Shown: piece by piece, positions 1-9,241 of the stretch
Numbering within the stretch: position 1 is the stretch's first letter
Layout of the letters: every line of letters starts with the position of its first letter
Assembly: GCA_963818345.1 (NCBI GenBank)
Contig: CAWFRX010000009.1
Coordinates: 3,130 to 67,129, forward strand
DNA: 64,000 bases
Direction: 5' to 3'
From: an uncultured Acidobacteriota bacterium
Lineage (GTDB): Bacteria; Acidobacteriota; Terriglobia; Acidiferrales; UBA7541
Made by a program: the position numbers and the translations under genes
Notes under the pieces: generated by a model
What the model saw: only the letters and a program-made list of their open reading frames with translations
Database searches by the model: none
What the model was told of the DNA's origin: nothing

Positions 1-104
1 AGTCAATTCTGCGGTCAGGACAATCGCAACTGGATGCTATAGCCGCGTCGCTGAACTGAGAGAGGAGCGGAGCCATTATCCGCGACCGCCTCGGCAGGGC
101 AACA

Positions 105-645
105 GTGCCTAAAAGCGAACACGAAGCACAGACGAACATGCGTGATAGTATCGCCACTGCAGGAGGTTTCCGTTTGTGGCAGTTGCGGATCCCAAAATCG
201 TTGAAGGTACTTGCAGTGGCGATAGGCCTTCTGGCCGTTGCGATGTTGACCGCTTTCGGCTCCGACCAGACGTTCACGGGTACAATTACGGACAGCATGT
301 GCCCGACAGGCGACCACTCCAAGATGCGAATGGGCCCCACCGATGCGGAGTGTACCGAGGCTTGTTCTTGTGGCGCGTCGTACGTGCTCTACGACGGTAA
401 GACTCTACGCGCTCAGTGACCAAGTGACGCCGAGAAAATTTGCGGGGGCAAAGGTAAAGGTTTTCGGCACACTCGATGCCACGACGAAGGAAATCCGCGT
501 AGACTCAATCGCTGATAAAAATCTCGACAGTTTGGCAGCCGCTTATCTCGCAGTTGCAATAATCTTTGGCGTCTACCTCTTCAGCGTGGCACGCCGTCTG
601 ACTCATCTAGAGGACGAAATCAGGCGTCTCGCAAAGACGGACTGA
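105..645 (+). pseudogene. Secreted Cys-motif protein, paralog of 31864-32190, with an extra C-terminal CcmD-like TM helix; frameshift near 411
   Basis: ORFs 105-419 and 343-645 join colinearly with the 31864-32190 protein: TFTGTITDSMC..DHSKMRMGPTDAECTEAC..GASYVLYDGK | LYALSDQVTPRKFAGAKVKVFGTLDATTKEIRVDSI. Signal-like LKVLAVAIGLLAVAMLTAFG. Tail NLDSLAAAYLAVAIIFGVYLFSVARRLTHLEDEIRRL is absent from the paralog. Confidence 0.6.
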
Positions 646-760
646 CAACCATCCGACAATCAGTGGGCGCAACCTTTCGCTGCCCTTCACATCGGAGCCA
701 CTGGCGAATCGATTTGACAAGTTTATTACGTGGGGTTCAGTCTTGCCCTAGAGAGAACCC

Positions 761-1144
761 ATGTCACTCGGGGGCGGGCTGCCGTTGGCGGATTGGTCCC
801 ATCAAAAGAATTCACTGACTATTCGCAGTCGGCACACGTCCCATAGGGTATGGTGGATAGGACAAACAAATGGACCCAGCCCGAGAAATGGACGGAGTAT
901 GCTGTTCACAGAGCCTGCTTTACAGATTGAGACCCCACGAAATCATTCGCTTGCAACTCAGACCAGACTGCGCCAGTTACTGGATAACAGTGCGCCAGCG
1001 CGTCCAGACCCGAAGCGGCCCGACTTCTTTGAGATTGAGGATGACACGCAAGTTTTCTATGTCCACGTTGTCAAGACCAGTGGCAAAGTCACGCTGCTCG
1101 CAGTTTGGGACCGAGAGGCAGAGTTGGTAGCCGCCGCCTTCTGA
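761..1144 (+). CDS. Hypothetical protein (true start possibly 899, MLFTEP...)
   Basis: Open frame only. C-terminus reads FFEIEDDTQVFYVHVVKTSGKVTLLAVWDRE. No family recognised. Confidence 0.25.
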   Translation: MSLGGGLPLADWSHQKNSLTIRSRHTSHRVWWIGQTNGPSPRNGRSMLFTEPALQIETPRNHSLATQTRLRQLLDNSAPARPDPKRPDFFEIEDDTQVFYVHVVKTSGKVTLLAVWDREAELVAAAF

Positions 1145-1340
1145 GCGGCCACGCCAAGCAGTCCGCCAAAAGTTCGCCGCGCTCGCTGTGATGCCCCAAC
1201 TGACACTGATTTCCGAACGCCTGAGCCACCGACAAATTGATTTGACAATCGCAGTGGTGGGGTCCAATGTGTGCATGGACAACCCCAAGCCGTGCCAACG
1301 GCAGTGGGCTGGATACAGCCTATGGGGTTGTCCAGCCTCT

Positions 1341-1902
1341 TTACTTTTGGGTGTCGCCTCTTCCGTTTCTTCCGAGCCTCTCATCAATGCGTGGCAGTGT
1401 CTTGGTAAAATGACTGGAACCGACTAGTGCGGGAGTAGCACAAACAGGAGTGCGCCAGTCGTCCAGACTGGAGATGCCGATGCGACCGCGAGCCTCCCGC
1501 TCCAGATGCTGCCGACGCTGGCGCACCGATGACAATTTCGCGAGTTTGATGACAGGGAATTGCAAAATAGTTTTTAGATGGAACAGGGCAGGGACTAGTG
1601 CCTTGGCAGTGTGGGCAGAAGCATAAAATAACCAGTTTGCCGAAAATACAAGAGGTTGTACACGACGAGCGCGACCAGAGTCCGATTGGGTAATAGTAAA
1701 GCACCGCAGCCTTGGCTCGTAGAAACCATTTACCGACTGCTCCTCCGACAACAATAGATACGGTTGCGCTGAGGAGTTGGGGAGTAAAGGTGGTGAATCT
1801 TCGCACGAAATAGATGACAAGCCAACCCACGAAAAAGCCTAGCGATGCTACGCCGATTCGGGAAGCCCACTCCGAGCTAGGTGAATTAGACATGAAGGTC
1901 AC
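1341..1902 (-). pseudogene. Hypothetical membrane protein, frameshifted
   Basis: ORF 1384-1902 starts with TM-like segments (IGVASLGFFVGWLVIYFV, LLSATVSIVVGGAVG). ORF 1341-1820 continues in another frame. No family recognised. Confidence 0.3.
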
Positions 1903-2045
1903 GTCAATCCTGTCGCAGACGATAATCTAGGGTAACACGCTTTCAGACGCCCGCTTCAGTTTTCGGAAACGCCGCCACTATTCGGTCTCAGTTTCTCGCC
2001 GCGTCCAATCCTTGGCAACCGATGGCGCAAGGCCGCCCAGGTCGA

Positions 2046-2345
2046 TTAGTTGTTCTGTGGACAAACGCGGGTTAAAGGCCACATCTTCGGTGCGCTACTG
2101 CAATCTCTGCGCTGTCTGGAGCAGTTGTTGTTGCGTGCCGCGTTCATCCTGGTAAATCCGCTCAAGATGGGCAAGACCGGCTGAGATGGCACTGAATTCT
2201 CTCTGAACGGACCCACGGCGCTGGCAAGCCGACCACAAGCCGCATCGACGTTTTGAACCTCTTCCTGGGTCAAATTGCCCCTGCTCTGGGATACGGCGTG
2301 ACATTGCTGCTCAGAGGCCTCTACCTCAGTCGCCAGGGGCTTCAT
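2046..2345 (-). CDS. Hypothetical protein, possibly a fragment
   Basis: Open frame directly downstream of the 2375-3064 lipoprotein gene. An overlapping alternative frame (2095-2304) suggests an indel. Confidence 0.15.
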   Translation of the reverse strand: MKPLATEVEASEQQCHAVSQSRGNLTQEEVQNVDAACGRLASAVGPFRENSVPSQPVLPILSGFTRMNAARNNNCSRQRRDCSSAPKMWPLTRVCPQNN

Positions 2346-2374
2346 ATTCGTCTCGAAGAGACGATTGAACCGAC

Positions 2375-3064
2375 TCAGCCCTGATGGTGCATTTGGTCCG
2401 TCTGAATTGATGCCTGATTTGCAGCAACGAAGAGTTGCGCACGCGCCACTGTCGCTTTCGGATTCCCTGCGAGTTGACGTTCGCGTGCGACATACTCGCC
2501 TACCCTCGCAGTGATTGCCTCATAGGCTTTTTCCGCACTCGGAAACCTGCCCAAATGAAGGTCCGCCTGCGAATCGAAGACCTGTATTCTGCCAACGAGC
2601 CGGTCAACGGCCTTCGCTTGGATGATGCCCTGAGACCGGGCACTCAATTCAGCCAATTTCGCCTGAAACTCAGCGGGCGTGGAGGCCGTGAAAGTGAGCG
2701 GAACGGATTGCGCCCCGGTCAGTGTCAAGGCATTTCCGCGCAGGGTTCCTGAGAGGACGAACGACTCCAGGCCAAAGAACCGGCTTCCTTGAATTATCAC
2801 ATTCTCCCCGTCAACGGCCCCGGTGACGGACGCTGAATTTTGTTCGGTAGTGCCGTCCGCTTTTAAGACGTTTTCTGCTAACTGACCTGTCAAATGGTTG
2901 TCTGGAGTCCGAACTACCTGGAGCCAAATGACGGCGCTCTTGTCACTGGCGAGATAAGACCCGGAGATGTTGCGTTGACAACCGGCCATCAAAGCCACAG
3001 CGACGGCGGCATACACATACATTCCGCGCAATGGGTTCCTCTTGCATCCCGGCATAGTAAGCAT
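2375..3064 (-). CDS. Hypothetical lipoprotein (likely start 3022)
   Basis: Lipobox-like AVAVALMAGC after MYVYAA. The rest is a soluble Ala/Gln-rich protein. No family recognised. Confidence 0.45.
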   Translation of the reverse strand: MLTMPGCKRNPLRGMYVYAAVAVALMAGCQRNISGSYLASDKSAVIWLQVVRTPDNHLTGQLAENVLKADGTTEQNSASVTGAVDGENVIIQGSRFFGLESFVLSGTLRGNALTLTGAQSVPLTFTASTPAEFQAKLAELSARSQGIIQAKAVDRLVGRIQVFDSQADLHLGRFPSAEKAYEAITARVGEYVARERQLAGNPKATVARAQLFVAANQASIQTDQMHHQG

Positions 3065-3150
3065 GATACGCGGGATAGGCCTCGCGGGAAATGAATCCTG
3101 GGTATGCCTCTCTTTACATGTGAAAGGTCACTCATCGCGAGCATTGTACC

Positions 3151-3780
3151 GTGTTAGAATCCCAGCGGCGCGGAGGAATGGAGATGCGTGATAGCGTCGC
3201 GGTAATTGTTGCCTTTGGGAGCGCAATTGTAGGCGCGGTTCTTCACGGCACTTACGAGAACTGGCGCGATTGGCGCGCGCGACCGAGATTGCAAATTGAC
3301 TATAAGGGCGTAGAAGGAGCCAATAAAGTTGAAGTGGACTACCGAAAACCAGACCACCAGCACATTGCAGAAATATACGTCCGAGCAAGAGTTCAAAACG
3401 CGGGAAAGCGGCCAGCGAAGAATTGCCTTGTATACCTAACCGCTCTGACGGAGGTTCATCCTTCGGGCACCACCACACCAACGTCGTTTCACGACCCGAT
3501 GCCTTTAACATGGGCAGGCTACGACTTTTCTCCTCGGGGCATTCCGCGAGGCGTCCCGTTCTACGTTGACCTCATGAGAGTTTCTAAGCATCAATCGGGG
3601 TGGTTAATCTCTGTGGAGAAACTATTGGGCAGCCAAGGCAATTTGACGGCGTATCGGGGAACGTACCGTTTTCAACTGACGGCGACAGCAGACAATGCCG
3701 ACCCGTTTGTTTATGAAATTGATGTTTCCTATAACGGCGACTGGAACAATCTCCGCGCTGTGGCGCACACGAAAGGGTAA
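3151..3780 (+). CDS. Hypothetical protein with N-terminal TM anchor
   Basis: Intact 209-aa ORF. N-terminal hydrophobic segment SVAVIVAFGSAIVGAVL followed by a beta-rich domain. No family recognised. Confidence 0.4.
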   Translation: MLESQRRGGMEMRDSVAVIVAFGSAIVGAVLHGTYENWRDWRARPRLQIDYKGVEGANKVEVDYRKPDHQHIAEIYVRARVQNAGKRPAKNCLVYLTALTEVHPSGTTTPTSFHDPMPLTWAGYDFSPRGIPRGVPFYVDLMRVSKHQSGWLISVEKLLGSQGNLTAYRGTYRFQLTATADNADPFVYEIDVSYNGDWNNLRAVAHTKG

Positions 3781-3877
3781 GAACGATCTGACCGCCTCAG
3801 TCTCCAAACGCCCTATCAGTCTGCGGGCCGCGCGAAGGTTGGCAGTGTTGCTAGACTCTGCCGCAAGAGGTTCCGCG

Positions 3878-4096
3878 ATGACCGAGTACAGTTTCTGCAG
3901 CGACGCCTTTCAGTCGCTTTCGCCCGAAGCAGTGTGGCACATTAGAAAACGCAGCAAGCCAACAACCTTGTGCGGGCGTCTTGTGCAAGATGACGTGGCG
4001 GCAGAATTCACGGAAGGCAACCTAAAAGAGCACGACTACCACATCTGCGACGGTTGCCGCGCGGAATATCGGAACATCGCCGCCCGCGAACGCTAG
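3878..4096 (+). CDS. Small hypothetical protein with C-terminal CxxC
   Basis: ATG at 3878 inside ORF 3695-4096. Product reads MTEYSFCSD...HICDGCRAEYRNIAARER. Confidence 0.3.
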   Translation: MTEYSFCSDAFQSLSPEAVWHIRKRSKPTTLCGRLVQDDVAAEFTEGNLKEHDYHICDGCRAEYRNIAARER

Positions 4097-4131
4097 AATT
4101 CTGGACAACGTCCGATTGACAATTGACCCCA

Positions 4132-4502
4132 CTACGCTCCAGGTTCATCGGGTGGCTCTCCGATACCCCTAAAGACGAGTGTAAAGCCCTTGGCATCGCG
4201 GCGCTCTTGGATAGCCACGGTTTCTCCCTTCGGAGTTAGCCGAAGGCTGACGAAGCCAACTTTGCCCGATTTAGCCGTCCGTTTTCCCCTGATGAGCCGA
4301 CCGACAATCAACGACTCGATTGCGTACTCCACATCTTCATAGGACAGTGCTCGTCGGTTGCTTTGTTGTTCGGTGAGAACTGCGTCAAACGCGTGGTATC
4401 GATACTCTCGTCAGGATGGTCGTAAAGGTAGACCAAAATGGCCTGCTCGGTCGGCTTGAATTTGCTGGGTATTTTCGTATCGATGACGCGTTTGTAGGGC
4501 AT
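4132..4502 (-). pseudogene. Hypothetical small protein, possibly winged-helix-like, frameshifted near 4360
   Basis: ORF 4308-4502 (MPYKRVIDTKIPSKFKPTEQAILVYLYDHPDESIDTTRLTQF) joins the frame of ORF 4132-4332 (..TEQQSNRRALSYEDVEYAIESLIVGRLIRGKRTAKSGKVGFVSLRLTPKGETVAI). Confidence 0.35.
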
Positions 4503-4671
4503 AGGGCGATTCTACACCGACAGTTCCCATTATTGTGCCAGTCATTCGAGCCGCAAGGCGCTCGTGAAAATAGTCCGCAGCGTGGCTCAATTTCCAAACG
4601 CATTATCAATCTGCGGTCGCAAGTTCCCGCTGTCCGTTCCGCCGGAGCCACTGACACTTAAATTTGAAAAA

Positions 4672-5034
4672 TCAAAAAGTGGGGTATTTCTTCCCTCGTG
4701 GTTTCTGCTCCTGCCCGTCTATGGTGAAAATGGCGGCGTCTCCCGTAATGCCGTAGACGTACATGTATTCCGGGTTGGAGGCGGCAGGCTTGGCTTGATA
4801 GTCCTTCGATGCTTGCGGCATAAAGCACGTGTTGTTTTTCGGTGTTTCCTCGCAACTCAACATGTATTGCACCGAAGTGCTCTCCGCTTCTACATCAATC
4901 CGAAGTCTGCTTTGTGCGTCGCGCTTGACCTTGGTTACGTGGAGGGTGAACGTGGTTTTATCCTGTCCACCAACGGGGGAGCCAGGAGCGGCTAAAACAA
5001 CGAGCGCGAGGAGTGCCGTGTCTCTGCTACGCAT
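4672..5034 (-). CDS. Secreted hypothetical protein
   Basis: MRSRDTALLALVVLAAPGSPVGG looks like a signal peptide. Intact frame to the stop at 4672. Confidence 0.4.
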   Translation of the reverse strand: MRSRDTALLALVVLAAPGSPVGGQDKTTFTLHVTKVKRDAQSRLRIDVEAESTSVQYMLSCEETPKNNTCFMPQASKDYQAKPAASNPEYMYVYGITGDAAIFTIDGQEQKPRGKKYPTF

Positions 5035-5660
5035 TTTGTCATTCCTGAAGCCGATACAAGCCACGTCCAATTTGGACGAAGAGCGCTGTGTTTCCACCGG
5101 GGTTTCCGACTCGGTGCTTCGGCAAGAACGTTCCTGCCCAACGGATACTCAACGCCTCAAATGGAACGCGATACGATTAGAAGAATTCGGGAAGCGGTGC
5201 GCACCCGCAAAATTCCTCGCCAGTTCAAACCGACCGATGTAAATGGAGCGGATTCTAACAGCGGTGACAACCCTGTCTGAAGAACAACGCTGCTACCAGT
5301 TGCTACCAGTGCTGTCGTTTTCGTGGCACTCGTTCTCACCCCCCACAACCGTAATCCATGAGGAAAACTTTTGACTTGGGTGTGACCGCACCGCAGGAAA
5401 AGCACAGAGGACGCCTTGACGTAAAAATTGTGGGTTCAACTGTGACAGAAAAGTGTGCAAAACTGCTCACAACTCGGTATAACAAGAAACTGCGATTCTG
5501 TCCTAACCTCTGCAGCCGACTACACTTACGTTGAAACTAAAAAACTTACGAGAGCGCTTGTTTTTTGATTTGGTGTCCTGTCAACATGTCTGGGTGTCTC
5601 TTCGTGAAAACGCATTATGGCAGACGCCATCTAGCCCCGCAACGCGCCGCAGCAGCGGGT

Positions 5661-5844
5661 AATGAGCACTCGGGCTTGGCGTTGCGTTCGCGTCGCGGCT
5701 GGGAGCGTGGGGTGGCGGCTGGGCAACAATTGCCCCCACCCCCCACTTTTTTGTAAGTGTTCATTGCACGGGACTTTAAGTCCAATGATTTTGGAAGTGC
5801 TCATTCCACGGGGGTTAGCGGCGCGTTTTGCGTAAGTGTTCATT
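5661..5844. repeat. Cluster of short repeats: AGTGYTCATT three times direct (5756, 5796, 5835), one inverted copy (5661), and a G-rich hairpin element (5733-5765)
   Basis: Read directly: aatgagcact at 5661-5670; agtgttcatt at 5756-5765 and 5835-5844; agtgctcatt at 5796-5805. The stretch cccccaccccccacttttttgtaagtgttcatt is the reverse complement of the motif also seen at 56031 and 56390. Confidence 0.6.
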
Positions 5845-6023
5845 TTGCTGGAGTTCCTTCCCGTTCTGCGGAACGCAGCAAATGTGGCCTGCTCCCGGTC
5901 GGACCAAGGCGCGGGGTCAGGACGGACCGAAAAAGACAGGGTGATTGCAGAGTTCGACCGAGCATGAGATAGTCTATCACAGCTATTACTTATGTGCAAT
6001 CGTTATTGTAGAGTGATTAAAAA

Positions 6024-6430
6024 TTGGCCTTGATTCGAATGCAGCCGGGAAGGTTCAAGCATTCGAATCGACCTGGACAGCAGTGCGTTCGAACGGGCCG
6101 AGATGCCGGAGGGAAACGGGTGCCTCCTTCGGGACGACGGTCAGCGGTGAGGTACGGGAAAACCCTCACCCTTAAAGCCGAAGGGTGCGGCACCCGGCAG
6201 CTTCGGGAGAAGAACGTCGTTTCAATTCTCCACGTTATGATGCCCGCGCAGTATTATCTTGGGTCTTACGGACAGCGACACGCGGCCTAATTGGTCGATT
6301 ATTCCCCTCGCAAGGTCCGCCCGTCACGGTCAAGGCCTCACGCATCACGCGACGGATTTGCCTTCCAGTTTTTGCTGTCCGATACACTGCAAATCGAAGA
6401 CGCGAAAAAACGGAGAGCCTAGAGGAGGCG
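6024..6430 (+). other. Non-coding stretch rich in perfect stems; candidate structured RNA or leader upstream of the DUF1398 gene, class unknown
   Basis: Perfect 11-bp stem gattcgaatgc (6032-6042) / gcattcgaatc (6059-6069). Also ggagg (6108) / cctcc (6123), ggtgagg (6146) / cctcacc (6164), and ccgaag (6178) / cttcgg (6201). The overlapping ORFs are Arg-rich and not protein-like. Confidence 0.3.
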
Positions 6431-6432
6431 AC

Positions 6433-6856
6433 GGTGAGCACAGGCGATTGCGAATCTGCAAGCAGCACAACGGCGGGCGATGGCTATGCGCCCAAAAGTC
6501 GGGAGGGTTCCCGTATCTCGCTGAGACTTTGCTTCGCGCAGGCGTCACACGCGATCTACGGTTACTGCCGTCTTCACAAAGTCTTTACCTGACCGAGGAC
6601 GGTCCTGTTGCCGTTCAAGGAACACCCCCTGGTTTCCGGTATGGTGGACGTGCCGCCGTTCGACCGGGAGGCATTGATTGCCGCGCTTCGCACCGATCAA
6701 GCTGGAAAGAGCACCTTTCCAGAATTTCTCGAAGCCAGTTGGCGTGCTGGCGTTGTGCGCTATGACGTTGACCTTAAAGCCCGCAAGGTTTCCTACTATG
6801 GGTGCAATGACGGAGGACTCATGTTGAATCGTACTCCCGCCGTGAACCTGGACTGA
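6433..6856 (+). pseudogene. DUF1398 family protein, at least 3 frameshifts
   Basis: GGAGG precedes a GTG at 6433. Three frames join into ..AIANLQAAQRRAMAMRPKVG | GFPYLAETLLRAGVTRDLRLLPSSQSLYLTEDGPVAVQGTP | LVSGMVDVPPFDREALIAALRTDQAGKSTFPEFLEASWRAGVVRYDVDL. This matches my memory of DUF1398 proteins. Confidence 0.65.
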
Positions 6857-7009
6857 ACGCGCAGATGATTTGAGCAGCGGAAGAGCCGGCAACGACGCGT
6901 TCATCGCATCGATCCCTTCAAAAAATTTGCGTACCCAAGACGCGAGGCCCGGCAACTAAGTGCACGACGGGTCGGCCCCGATCGCAACTTTACCGGAAGG
7001 AGGAACTGG

Positions 7010-7584
7010 ATGATGAGCAAGAGAATTTCAACCAATCTGATCGCACTGGCATTCCTGACGGTTTCCGTCGCTCTGGCTCTTGCGGCTCAGGACAAATATA
7101 CGGTGAAGGTGCCGGGTGGGCTGGCGTTCTCGGACTTCCGGGGATACGAAGATTGGCAGGCTGTCGGGCCCAGTCTGACCGATGCCCAGAACGTGATCCG
7201 AGTGATCCTGGCGAATCCCGTGATGATCAAGGCGTACCGGGATGGCGTGCCGGGCAATGGCAAGCCTTTCCCGACGGCTCCAAGATTGCAAAGATCGAAT
7301 GGATTCCGAAAAAGATTACCGACCCGCCTTTTTCCGCGACCACGCCGGACACGGTGCCGGGCGCCCTCAAGGAGGTTGAGTTCATCGAGAAGGATGCCAA
7401 GCGATTTCCGGACGGCCACGGATGGGGATACGCGGTGTTCGATTACGACGCGGCGTCCGATACGTTCACGCCCGGCACCGCAGCGGACCGGCCGCCGCAG
7501 AAGAACGACGCCAAGTGCGGGGTCGCGTGCCACAACCTGGCGGCGGCTAAGGATTACATTTTCACGGCGTACGGGAAGCGGTGA
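7010..7584 (+). pseudogene. Cytochrome P460 family protein, one frameshift near 7273
   Basis: Signal peptide, then KYTVKVPGGLAFSDFRGYEDWQAVG..NPVMIKAYRDGVPGNGKPFP | DGSKIAKIEW...GWGYAVFDY. Heme motif CGVACH at 7515-7532 and C-terminal DYIFTAYGKR. The 'ccgac' looks like ccggac minus one G. Confidence 0.75.
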
Positions 7585-7645
7585 GACACCATTCGGACCC
7601 GCTCGCTCATAAATTCGGCAAGCCAACGAAGCGAGGGCCTACTGG

Positions 7646-8191
7646 TCAGGCTTCCTCGGCCGAATCGTCCTCGGGAAGGTCTGGGATCGCGGCTTGGCCG
7701 GCTTGCGCGGTCCGCAATTCGCGACGGATAAGCTCGGAGTCGAATCCCGCGCGCAAAAGCATGCGGTAGAGCGATGCGGTCTGGCGCTGATCGATCGGGC
7801 CACGAGGGCCACGCGCGCTGCGGAGCTTGCGCTCGATCAGCTTTTGCACCAGCAGCGCCTCGTCGGTTTCCGCGAAGATCTGAGAGACCGCGGATTCGAT
7901 GTGGCGATCGGGCACGCCGCGGGTCCGCAGCTTTTCCCGCGTAATACGGTGGCGGCCCTGCTTGCGAGAGTTGGCGTGCTGGCGCGCGAACTGGAGGGCA
8001 TAGCGCGCATCGTCGATCAGCTTTTCGGATTTTAGGCGCGTGACCACGCGGCGAGCCAGGGCCGGGTCCTCGGAGCGGCGCTCGAGGTAAGCGCGCATTT
8101 CGTGGACCGAGTAGGCGCGTCGCATGAGGCCGCGCAGGGCGGCGGTGTACAGCTCTTCTTCGCCGGAATGTTTACGCGGAGGTGGACGCAT
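7646..8191 (-). CDS. recX: Recombination regulator RecX
   Basis: Intact 181 aa with the repeated helical pattern typical of RecX: AALRGLMRRAYSVHEMRAYLERR..LIDDARYALQFARQH..ITREKLRTRGVP..RMLLRAGFDSELI. Confidence 0.75.
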   Translation of the reverse strand: MRPPPRKHSGEEELYTAALRGLMRRAYSVHEMRAYLERRSEDPALARRVVTRLKSEKLIDDARYALQFARQHANSRKQGRHRITREKLRTRGVPDRHIESAVSQIFAETDEALLVQKLIERKLRSARGPRGPIDQRQTASLYRMLLRAGFDSELIRRELRTAQAGQAAIPDLPEDDSAEEA

Positions 8192-8286
8192 GGCGCGCCC
8201 AGCATAGAAGGTTTACAGAGAAGGGGCAATGCGCTCAGGGACAAAACGTAGTTCGTCCTAAGGGATGCCAGACGATCTCGCCGCGT

Positions 8287-9073
8287 TCATCGCTCCCCAG
8301 CCACACGTCTCCATGCGTTACTTCGATGGGAGATCACGAGCGTTCGGAGGCGGAAATATCCTATTTGTGAGATCCTCGGGCTCCAGCTGAGGGCTCCCGT
8401 GGTCCAGCCGGTTCCTTCTGGGGCTGTCCACCTGACCTCGTATAGTTCTGATTCCCCTTCATTCAAGCGTGTCTCGCTTCCAGCCCGTGGCCGGACCAAA
8501 ACGAGATCCCCTCGCTGCAGCGCGTTTGCAATCTGAAGCGGCAGCCCATGCGCGTAATATCCTCAATCCTTGTCCGCTCCGTGAACATGTACCCTTGAGG
8601 GTCATACCGGATTATTTCCACCGGCACGTTCACCGCGAGCCTTCTGTTCTCTCCGATTGTCCGTGGCGTAGCGAACGGTCACTGTACGCTCCAGGCTCTG
8701 ATGTGCACGTCCGGTACCACTGATATCAAGCTGCGGATCGGTCAGCGCAGACACTGGCCGATTTCCAGCTCCGCGACGGTTCCGAAATGGGCTGAGCCTC
8801 CCGACATGAAACTGGGGTGATGTAGCGAGCCCGCCAGGCGCTGATGCTCTTACCATCATCGTGTGCCGCTGCGAGACCCTGTGGAATGCCGCGCCGTCTG
8901 CCCGCGTCAGGATTCGACGAAACGCTGCTGCGCCTTCGCATCCATCCCACCCGGGGGAGTAGCCGCTCAAAATAGGCCGAAGCGTTGTTCCACTGCACGA
9001 TCAGGCTGTCGAAGAACACATGCTCAGGTCCGTACACGGGTGTTCGGGGGGCGTCTGGTGTTGGCAATGACAT
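8287..9073 (-). pseudogene. Hypothetical protein with a PilZ-like C-terminal region, several frameshifts
   Basis: Fragments 8726-9073, 8602-8970 and 8287-8499. Manual translation gives ENRRLAVNVPVEIIRYDPQGYMFTERTRIEDITRMGCRF. This resembles the RRxxxR ... DxSxxG pattern of PilZ only loosely. Confidence 0.3.
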
Positions 9074-9241
9074 TTAACAGCGGGAATCGACGTGGTTCAG
9101 AGCGCGTGCATTATCTTGGCGCCACTCTCTTCGCTGAAATCGGTGCTAATGCTATTTGTTTGTTTGCCGATGAAGCATTGCAAGAAGCTGACATAGTACG
9201 GGAACCGATCTGCAGGAACGAACACGGAAGGAACCAGTCCT

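Noticed and set aside
6024-6430. tmRNA, RNase P RNA, cobalamin riboswitch or group II intron fragment
   Set aside because: 'ggccttgattcgaatgc' resembles a tmRNA 5' end only superficially, and there is no tag ORF or tRNA-like 3' end. The region has no GGAGGAAAGTCCGG (RNase P), no GCCACTG B12 box, no GTGCG 5' end, no domain V hairpin and no RT ORF. It is kept only as an unexplained stem-rich region.
8192-9073. recA expected upstream of recX
   Set aside because: The upstream gene has no RecA motifs (no GPESSGKT). It is a frameshifted hypothetical or PilZ-like gene, so recX is not in a recA-recX operon here.
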